Shown here piece by piece: positions 20,517-27,266 of a DNA stretch of 64,000 bases. Within the stretch, counting starts at the first letter, position 1. Every line of letters begins with the position of its first letter. This DNA is from an uncultured delta proteobacterium. Its GTDB lineage: Bacteria; Myxococcota; Myxococcia; Myxococcales; Myxococcaceae. The notes below the pieces were generated by a model. It saw nothing but the letters and a program-made list of their open reading frames with translations. It had not been told where the DNA came from and made no database searches. The stretch lies in contig CAVYSY010000036.1 of assembly GCA_963771175.1 (NCBI GenBank), forward strand, positions 62,385 through 126,384, read 5' to 3'. The position numbers were made by a program, and so were the translations under genes.

Positions 20517-22328
20517 ATGAGTCAGAACGCTGTATCGGTTGATCCCCACGAGACGCTGTACCTGCCCCTGCGGCGTCGCTTCATGAGCGAGTACGTGACC
20601 ACGCCCGAGGGCACCCGGGAGCTGCGCATCTTCTACGGCCTCAAGGAGATCACGATCGATGAGCCGGACCTGCTCTCCTTCGGAGAGAACCTGCTCAAGC
20701 AGGACGAGTTCATGGCGGGCAGCGCCACCCTATGGAGCGAGGGTGAGCCCTACCCCTGGGAGCGCGTGAGGGAGCTGCTCGAGGCGCTGCTGGACGAGGA
20801 GATTCTCTCGCGCGAGGCCCCGAAGCCCGCGCCTTCGGAGAGTGACGTTCATCGAAGCTGGATGGAGGCCGAGGCCCGGCGGGTCGCGCCCACCGAGCCC
20901 CTGTGGTGGAACCCGGACTGTCCCCGGGTCATGGAGCGGTTGGTGGGGCGGCCGCTGGAGTTGGGCTTCCTCGAAGCGGTGATTCCGGTGCATCGCGTCG
21001 CCCACCCGGCGCTCGACGCGGAGGGGCGCCATATCGGGGAGAGCAACGTCTTCCCCGACGCCATGCGAATGAAGCTTCCGACGGATTGGCGACCGTGCCC
21101 CTACCCGGGCAGCCGCTATCGGGACGAGGCGATGATGAACGTGACGGCGCTCAAGTCGATGACACGGCACTGGAAGTCCGTGTTGCAGGGGGTGCTCGCG
21201 GTGCGAGAGGAGTTCCTGCGCCACCATCCCCTGCTCCCGGACGGGCGCTGGCGGCTGGGGGATCTTCACGCCCTGTGCTGCGCCGTGCTGGCTCTACCAA
21301 CCCTGCGGTTGATGCGCGCGAACGCGCCCGTGCCCAATGGCGAGCTGGATCCCGTGCTCTCCTCCATGTTCCGGGTGACGGACGGCGTGCGGATGGTGAC
21401 GGCCTACATGCTCTTCCTCCCGGAGCTGCCGATGCCGTACGACACGCCCATGACGGCGGCCGAGCTGCTCCGCTTCACCGAGCAGGACAATCACTTCCTG
21501 TCGACGCGGGGCGTCTGCGCCGGTCCCCCGCACATGGTGGAGGAGTTCCTCGCGACGCTGATGGATGGCAAGCCCGTGGCGGGCGTGCCCAGGCCCGCGG
21601 AGGAGTGGGACGACGAAATCCCCACGGCGATGGATTACGGGATGCGGGGACTCCAGCTCTATTGCCTCCAGTTCAACCTGTGGAGCCACATGTGCCGCGC
21701 CTACGAGTCGATCCGCGCGGCGCTGCTCGACGTGGAGGATGAGCCGGGTGGAATCTGGAGCCGGATGCGCGCGCGTGTCGAACGCGATTGGGCGATGATC
21801 CTGCCCACGCGACTGCACACCTCCACCCAGCGAGATTGGGCAGAGGCCCGCTACATCGAGATGTTCGATCAGGCCCAGCGCGGCCTGAAGGGCTTCCGGG
21901 AGGACGCGCTGCTTCGCTTGCAGGACGTGTTCACCCCCGCGAGGGACGAAATGGATGGGAAGACCCGCCGGCAACTCCGACAGATGCTCCGCTCGCTCGC
22001 GGGCTCGCCCCCGGGGGCCCGGAGAGACGCCCTCGACACCATCGCGGACGCCGCGGCGGAGTTCCTGGCCCTCGAGCGCTCAACGCTTCGCGCCCTGGAA
22101 GGTGTTCAGCGCCAGGTCAATGCGTTGCTCCAGCGCCCCCATCCAGCGCGAAAGTTCTCCAGCGCGGATCTCTCGCTGCATCTCCGCCTGCGCCAGGGCA
22201 CCATCGGCGTGCTGCCCTACCTGCTGGATGTATTCCGGGATGAGCTGGGCATCGTCGTCGAGAATACGGAGGACGACACCCGCTGCGATCTGGTCAGCTC
22301 GCCCTACCAGCAGGTAGCCCAGATGTGA
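20517..22328 (+). CDS. Uncharacterised 603-aa protein, candidate RiPP maturase (possible N-terminal RRE/winged-helix)
   Basis: Clean ORF with typical codon bias directly upstream of three precursor genes. The N-terminal ~100 aa end in PWERVRELLEALLDEEIL (wHTH-like). Cys/His-containing segments: HRVAHP, WRPCPYPGSRY, MNVTALKSM, GVCAGPPHM. The ORF is well supported; the function is inferred. Confidence 0.7.
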   Translation: MSQNAVSVDPHETLYLPLRRRFMSEYVTTPEGTRELRIFYGLKEITIDEPDLLSFGENLLKQDEFMAGSATLWSEGEPYPWERVRELLEALLDEEILSREAPKPAPSESDVHRSWMEAEARRVAPTEPLWWNPDCPRVMERLVGRPLELGFLEAVIPVHRVAHPALDAEGRHIGESNVFPDAMRMKLPTDWRPCPYPGSRYRDEAMMNVTALKSMTRHWKSVLQGVLAVREEFLRHHPLLPDGRWRLGDLHALCCAVLALPTLRLMRANAPVPNGELDPVLSSMFRVTDGVRMVTAYMLFLPELPMPYDTPMTAAELLRFTEQDNHFLSTRGVCAGPPHMVEEFLATLMDGKPVAGVPRPAEEWDDEIPTAMDYGMRGLQLYCLQFNLWSHMCRAYESIRAALLDVEDEPGGIWSRMRARVERDWAMILPTRLHTSTQRDWAEARYIEMFDQAQRGLKGFREDALLRLQDVFTPARDEMDGKTRRQLRQMLRSLAGSPPGARRDALDTIADAAAEFLALERSTLRALEGVQRQVNALLQRPHPARKFSSADLSLHLRLRQGTIGVLPYLLDVFRDELGIVVENTEDDTRCDLVSSPYQQVAQM

Positions 22329-22402
22329 TTCGAATGAGAATCACAAGGAGTTCGTCCCTCGCTCCTCCTGTGTGAGGTGTCTCAGAAAGGAGGAGTAAAC
22401 AC

Positions 22403-22513
22403 ATGAAGATCAAGACGAAGATTCGGGGTGGTGCGCGCACGTGCTTCGGTGGCATCTTCGGACCCATCGTCGTTCGCCCCCCAGTCCTCCGACCGCCCAT
22501 CTCCCTCGCGTAG
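22403..22513 (+). CDS. Double-glycine precursor peptide 1: MKIKTKIRGG-ARTCFGGIFGPIVVRPPVLRPPISLA (36 aa)
   Basis: Strong SD (AGGAGGAG) upstream; leader nearly identical to precursors 2 and 3. Confidence 0.85.
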   Translation: MKIKTKIRGGARTCFGGIFGPIVVRPPVLRPPISLA

Positions 22514-22547
22514 AAGAATCCAGGGAGAAGGATCCGCGTTTGATTCA

Positions 22548-22583
22548 AGTCGCCAGTGGGCGGAGCATCGCCTGCTGGCGACT
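22548..22583 (+). terminator. GC hairpin after precursor 1 (no clear U-tract)
   Basis: AGTCGCCAGTGGGCG-GAGCAT-CGCCTGCTGGCGACT; near copy of 22919..22954. Confidence 0.55.
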
Positions 22584-22645
22584 GTGTCTTGCGGGGTACG
22601 GCTCGTCGTCCCACACGGGCCTTTTGAAAACAACTCAGACAAAAA

Positions 22646-22679
22646 TCACAAGCGCCACGCCCCATGCTCAATCCGTACG
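22646..22679 (+). promoter_or_regulatory. Conserved upstream motif, copy 2 (TCACAAG-N12-TGCTCA-N2-CCGTACG)
   Basis: Matches 20457..20489; lies in an AT-richer gap 30 nt before the ATG of precursor 2. Confidence 0.5.
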
Positions 22680-22709
22680 TAGCGCGTAGCGCTCAGGAGG
22701 AGCAAACAC

Positions 22710-22778
22710 ATGAAGGTCAAGACCAAGGTTCGTGGTGGTGCTCGGATGTGCAGCGGCGGCAGCGGCACTTTCTTCTAG
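22710..22778 (+). CDS. Double-glycine precursor peptide 2: MKVKTKVRGG-ARMCSGGSGTFF (22 aa)
   Basis: CTCAGGAGGAGCAAACAC-ATG ribosome-binding context; synonymous differences relative to precursor 3. Confidence 0.85.
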   Translation: MKVKTKVRGGARMCSGGSGTFF

Positions 22779-22828
22779 CCGCAGAAGTACCCGATGGATT
22801 CGCACTCTCACTCAGGAGGAGCAAACAC

Positions 22829-22894
22829 ATGAAGATCAAGACCAAGATTCGGGGCGGAGCTCGCTCGTGTAGCGGCGGCGGCACCTTCTTCTAG
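22829..22894 (+). CDS. Double-glycine precursor peptide 3: MKIKTKIRGG-ARSCSGGGTFF (21 aa)
   Basis: Identical CTCAGGAGGAGCAAACAC-ATG context; tandem paralog of precursor 2. Confidence 0.85.
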   Translation: MKIKTKIRGGARSCSGGGTFF

Positions 22895-22918
22895 CAGCAG
22901 AAGTACCCGTTGAATTCC

Positions 22919-22960
22919 AGTCGCCAGTGGGCGGAACATCGCCCGCTGGCGACTCTTTTT
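22919..22960 (+). terminator. Intrinsic terminator after precursor 3
   Basis: AGTCGCCAGTGGGCG-GAACAT-CGCCCGCTGGCGACT followed by CTTTTT. Confidence 0.75.
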
Positions 22961-22981
22961 CGTGGGAGGGTCTGGAGGGGA

Positions 22982-24484
22982 CTACCCGGCGGCGGCGGGA
23001 GAGACAGGGCGCTGCACCTGTACGCCGGGCAGCATGGGCGCCGGGTTGAGCGACAGGATGAGCAGGCTGCGCAGGGCCTCCTTGAGGTCCTCTCCCACGC
23101 TGGCCGCCCCCGCCGGTGCGCCCTGCAGCTCCGCCGGCACCGGGTGGCCCACCACCACCACCGGAATGCGGACGTCCCACGCCAGGAAGTACGCCAGCTT
23201 CACCGCCGCCTCCGACGTGTCGAACAGCAGCGCCCCCGCGGCTCCCGAGCTGAACGGCCGCCACAGCGGCCTCGCCGCCTCCGCCGGAGGCAGCACGCAG
23301 AAGTCCAGGTGCAGCAGCTCGTGCAGAGCCATCCGCCCCAGCGTCCCGAAGCCGCTCTTCACCGCGGGGGGCTCGGCCGCCACGGCCGCGATGTCCGGCA
23401 TCTGCGACAGCAGCCGGCGCGCCACCGCCGGACCACTGCCGCACACGAAGATCTTCGCGGTGGCCTCGCGCGAGGCGCCCTTGCCCCGCAGGATGCGTCC
23501 GCGCAGCGCGTGCAGCTCGGCGGGCCCCATCAGCGGGCCGCTGTGCCCCTCCTCCGTCTCCCCCTCGGCTACGCGGGCCACGCCCTTCTGGAGGAGCGTG
23601 TGCAGCACGCCCACCACCTCCAGGTCCGTGGCCGGCGCCAGGTCCAACACCTCGCCCACCGCCCGGGGCTGGCGCAACAGCTCCACCACCTGCGCCGTCA
23701 CCGGGTGCTGGTCCTGCGTCAGGTCCGCGTCCGGCGCGAGCACCAGCCGGGCGTTGCGCGGCGGCAGCCCCGGCAGCAGCCGGTTCACCTCGTCCGCCTG
23801 GCGCATCGCCTCCAGCAGCGAGTCGTCCATCCCGCGCTGGATGCGCGGCTTTCCCCCGCTGCCTCCCGGCGCGAAGGTGAACGAGCCCTCGGCCCACACC
23901 AGCAGCCGGAAGAGGGCCTTCTCTCCCTCGGCCCGGCCCACGCGCGCGTTCGCCGGGCGGCCCTCCACCACCGATATCTCTCCGCGCTCGTTGCCCCGCT
24001 CCAGCGTCAGCTTCCCGCTGCGCTTGTTCATCCCCAGAATCTGCATCAGGTCCGGGATGCTGAGCTGGCTGAGCGAGCCTTCGATCTCCTGCACATCGCT
24101 CTTGAGGTCCTTCGCCGCCTCGTTGCGGCGGAAGACGTGCTCGATGCGGGAGAGCACCTCGTCGATGTTGAAGGGCTTGCGCAGGTAGCCCTCACGCAGG
24201 CCACGGGCCTTGTCCGCCTCGAACCTGCCGGTGGAGACCAGCACCGGGATGTCATCCGTGCGCGGGTTGGTGCGCAGGATGTTGATGAAGGTGCGCGCGT
24301 CCAGCAGATGGCACGCCTCATCGAAGAGGATGAGCTCCGGGTGGCGCAGCACGGCCACCTCCAGGGCCCGCGAGCCATCCGGCGCGTAGTGCACCTGGTA
24401 GCCCTTGGTGCGCAACGCACGGGAGAGCGGGCGGACCGACTCGAGATCGGGGTCGGCGATGAGGATCTTTCGAACCTGGGCCAC
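22982..24484 (-). CDS. Atypical response regulator: receiver + DUF4388 + degenerate small-GTPase-like C-terminal domain
   Basis: KILIADPD...LILFD...YLRKPF receiver. IEGSLSQLSIPDLMQILGMNKRSGKL is typical of DUF4388. C-terminal KIFVCG...LWRPFSSGAAGALL. Confidence 0.8.
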   Translation of the reverse strand: MAQVRKILIADPDLESVRPLSRALRTKGYQVHYAPDGSRALEVAVLRHPELILFDEACHLLDARTFINILRTNPRTDDIPVLVSTGRFEADKARGLREGYLRKPFNIDEVLSRIEHVFRRNEAAKDLKSDVQEIEGSLSQLSIPDLMQILGMNKRSGKLTLERGNERGEISVVEGRPANARVGRAEGEKALFRLLVWAEGSFTFAPGGSGGKPRIQRGMDDSLLEAMRQADEVNRLLPGLPPRNARLVLAPDADLTQDQHPVTAQVVELLRQPRAVGEVLDLAPATDLEVVGVLHTLLQKGVARVAEGETEEGHSGPLMGPAELHALRGRILRGKGASREATAKIFVCGSGPAVARRLLSQMPDIAAVAAEPPAVKSGFGTLGRMALHELLHLDFCVLPPAEAARPLWRPFSSGAAGALLFDTSEAAVKLAYFLAWDVRIPVVVVGHPVPAELQGAPAGAASVGEDLKEALRSLLILSLNPAPMLPGVQVQRPVSPAAAG

Positions 24485-24496
24485 GGGCGCTCCCTG

Positions 24497-26347
24497 CTAG
24501 TACGGCTGGAGATCGTATTCCGACTGCAGGCGGGTGATGAGCCCGTCCACCACGGCGGTGTCCGACGAGTGGAAGCCCCAGGTGGTGCCCAGCCCGCGGC
24601 GCTGGATGAGCGCGTAGGCGGCGTTCTCCGAGAGCCAGAGGAGGAACTCGTGCCGGCCCATCCGCTCGTCCCCCTCCAGGAAGACAGGCGTGAGTCCCGG
24701 GTGCGACTCCAGATCCGACCGTCGCCCCAGCAGGTAGATGCGCGAGGCCATGTCGGGCGGGGCCGACTCCAACCCCAGCGCGATGGGCAGGTCCGCTCGG
24801 ATTTCGGGGCTGCCCACGTACAGCAGCCCGCGCGAGGTCGGATCCCTCAGCAGCTCGCGGGCGATCTCCGCCTGCAGCTCGTCGAAGAGGACGTCGGACA
24901 CCTTGCCCCGACGAGAGGGCTCGGCGTTGTCCTCCACCGGCAGCCTGGGGCTGGAGGCGTTGCCGAGCAGCAGGTCCACCTCGTCCCAGAAGGGCAGCGT
25001 GTCCAGCATCAGCTTGCGCTGCAGTGACGAGCGCCGCTCGTCCATGCGCCGACGGCAGCGGTGGACCAGCTCGTCGAAGTCCTCGCCGTCCTTGGGAAAG
25101 GTGCTCGCCCCGCCCACCAGCGCGAGCGGCAGGCGCGACTCCACCTCCTGCGCATCCGGCTCCTCGCGCACCGCGGCCAGCGCGCGGCGCACGAACATGA
25201 TCGCGCCGAAGAAGTCCGTCTCCGGCAGCAGCAGGTAGAACTCCTGGTCGCTCGCCTTGGCGATGACGTCCGAGTCGCGGACGATCTTCGAGAGCGCCTT
25301 GATGATGCCGCGCACGGCGCGCTTGGCGTCCTGCGTCCCCAGCCGCATCTTCACCAGGGGCAGGTTGTCCACGGAGAACGTCAGCAGCGAGAACATCCGC
25401 CCGTAGCGCCGCGCCTTGTAGATTTCCTTGGAGGCGTAGTCGGTGAAGTAGCTGAGGTTGTAGGCGGCGGTGTCCCGGTCCCGCAGGCCGAGCCGCTGCA
25501 GCGACTGCACCCGGCGGCCGTTCTTGATGCCCACCGCGGCCGAGTCCCCGAGAATCTTCGCGTAGCGCACGTGCTCGGAGCGGAAGTCCCCGGCGAGCGG
25601 GTCCGAGAGCTGCGCCAGGCCCATGATCTCCCCGCTGAGGACGAAGGGGACGTAGAGCACGGGAGAGCGCTCGTCGCGGGCGATCCACGGCATGGCCTCG
25701 CGCAGGCGGTTGCCGAGCGGCCCCTCGGGGCTCATGCGCTCGGCGAGGAACTGCCTGTCCAGCAGGCCCCGGTAGGCGCGCAGGACGAGGTGTCCCCGGT
25801 CGTCGGCGATCCACAGCGCGGCGCTCTGGGCGTCGCACACGGAGGCGAGCTCGGCGGCCACGCGCTCCTGGAGCCACTCGAGGTCCGGCTGGGAGAGGAG
25901 CTCCAGACAGCGCTGGTGGAGGTTCTGGTAGCGGGCGAACTCGAGGTTCTCGCTCTGGAGCTGGGCGCGCTCGTGGCGGAGCTGGGCGCGCTCCGTGGCC
26001 CGCTCCGTGGCGAGCAGCAGGTCCGTCTCGTCCACGGGCTTGGAGAGGACGACGGCCACCCCGGCGCTCAGGGCCATGGCCGAGCCCTTCACGTCCGTGC
26101 GCTGGGTAATGAGGATGACCTCCTGGTCGGGGTCGCGCTCGCGCAGCTTCGCGGTGAGGGCAAAGCCATCCAGCTCGGGCATCACCACATCGGTGATGAC
26201 CAGGTCGAAGGAGGTGCGAGCCACCTCTTCCAGCGCCCGGGCGGCGCTCTCCACCGTGACGACGCGGTAGCCCCTCCGGGTGAGCATGTCGGAGGCGAGC
26301 TGCCGGAAGAAGTTGTCGTCATCGACGACGAGGATCGGACCAGCCAC
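24497..26347 (-). CDS. Receiver-GAF-degenerate GGDEF domain protein
   Basis: ILVVDDD...ITDVVMPELDG...KP receiver, GAF domain, DRDTAAYN. A-site reads ASDQE, preceded by RDSD (RxxD). Confidence 0.85.
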   Translation of the reverse strand: MAGPILVVDDDNFFRQLASDMLTRRGYRVVTVESAARALEEVARTSFDLVITDVVMPELDGFALTAKLRERDPDQEVILITQRTDVKGSAMALSAGVAVVLSKPVDETDLLLATERATERAQLRHERAQLQSENLEFARYQNLHQRCLELLSQPDLEWLQERVAAELASVCDAQSAALWIADDRGHLVLRAYRGLLDRQFLAERMSPEGPLGNRLREAMPWIARDERSPVLYVPFVLSGEIMGLAQLSDPLAGDFRSEHVRYAKILGDSAAVGIKNGRRVQSLQRLGLRDRDTAAYNLSYFTDYASKEIYKARRYGRMFSLLTFSVDNLPLVKMRLGTQDAKRAVRGIIKALSKIVRDSDVIAKASDQEFYLLLPETDFFGAIMFVRRALAAVREEPDAQEVESRLPLALVGGASTFPKDGEDFDELVHRCRRRMDERRSSLQRKLMLDTLPFWDEVDLLLGNASSPRLPVEDNAEPSRRGKVSDVLFDELQAEIARELLRDPTSRGLLYVGSPEIRADLPIALGLESAPPDMASRIYLLGRRSDLESHPGLTPVFLEGDERMGRHEFLLWLSENAAYALIQRRGLGTTWGFHSSDTAVVDGLITRLQSEYDLQPY

Positions 26348-26384
26348 GGCGTGAGGGACTCGAGGGGGAAGTGGACAGCGGAGG

Positions 26385-27242
26385 TTACCGGCCCTCGAGA
26401 TCCGGGACAACGCCCGTGAAGACGAAGGCCGCGGGCCCGCGGAGGCGGATGTCCGACAGGTCCGCCAGCACCCGGATGTGCAGGTCACCGCCCGGCAGGT
26501 TGACACGCAGCCAGGCATCCGCCTGGACGCGCTTGGCGAGCACCGCCGCCACGGCCGCCGCGCCAGCCCCGGTGCCACAGGCCTGGGTGAGGCCACAGCC
26601 GCGCTCCCACACCACCACGGTCAGGCCGCCGTCCGCGTCCACCCGGGTGAACTCGACGTTGGTGCGGTCCGGGAAGCCGGGGTGCCGTTCGAGCTGGGGG
26701 CCCAGGCGGCCCGCGTCCTCGAGGGGCTGGTCGAGCAGGACGAGGTGCGGGTTGCCCATGCTGATGGCATGGCCGCGCAGCCCGGAGTGGCCGGGCACGG
26801 GCTCATCGAGGAACGGCTGGCCGGTGGCACCCGAGGGCAGGTTGGAGGCGACGAGCCGCGCCGGCCCCAGGGAGAGCTCCACCTCCGCCACGCCGTCCGC
26901 GCCGTACCTGGGCATGCACGTGAGGATTCCGGCGCCCGTCTCCACTTCGATGGACTCGGGCCGCTCGCCGGAGTTGTCCACGAGGTACTTCACCGCGCAC
27001 CGCAGGCCGTTGCCGCACATCTCCGCGACGCTGCCATCGGCGTTGTGGACCACCATCCGCGCCACCGCCGACTCCGAGGGCAGCAGGGAGAGGATGCCAT
27101 CCGCGCCGATGCCCAGGCGCCGATCGCACAGCAACCGCGACGTCTCCGCGTCGACGTCCATCCCGGTCTTGCGACGGTCCAGCACGATGAAGTCGTTGCC
27201 GATGCCGTGATACTTGAAGAAGAACTCTGCGCCGGCGCTCAT
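26385..27242 (-). CDS. dapF: Diaminopimelate epimerase
   Basis: KYHGIGNDF, EMCGNGLRC, SMGNPH, ERGCGLTQACGTG. Confidence 0.96.
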   Translation of the reverse strand: MSAGAEFFFKYHGIGNDFIVLDRRKTGMDVDAETSRLLCDRRLGIGADGILSLLPSESAVARMVVHNADGSVAEMCGNGLRCAVKYLVDNSGERPESIEVETGAGILTCMPRYGADGVAEVELSLGPARLVASNLPSGATGQPFLDEPVPGHSGLRGHAISMGNPHLVLLDQPLEDAGRLGPQLERHPGFPDRTNVEFTRVDADGGLTVVVWERGCGLTQACGTGAGAAAVAAVLAKRVQADAWLRVNLPGGDLHIRVLADLSDIRLRGPAAFVFTGVVPDLEGR

Positions 27243-27266
27243 GCTTGGAATCCTAGTCGGGCCGTG

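Noticed and set aside
22380..22960. Repeated ~50-bp units as a possible CRISPR array
   Set aside because: The repeats are SD plus leader-coding sequence with synonymous variation and irregular spacing, and there are no cas genes. They are better explained as tandem peptide genes.
12337..22980. Autonomous mobile element or prophage carrying the RiPP block
   Set aside because: No integrase, transposase, phage genes, terminal inverted repeats or flanking direct repeats found. Accessory status is inferred only from context.
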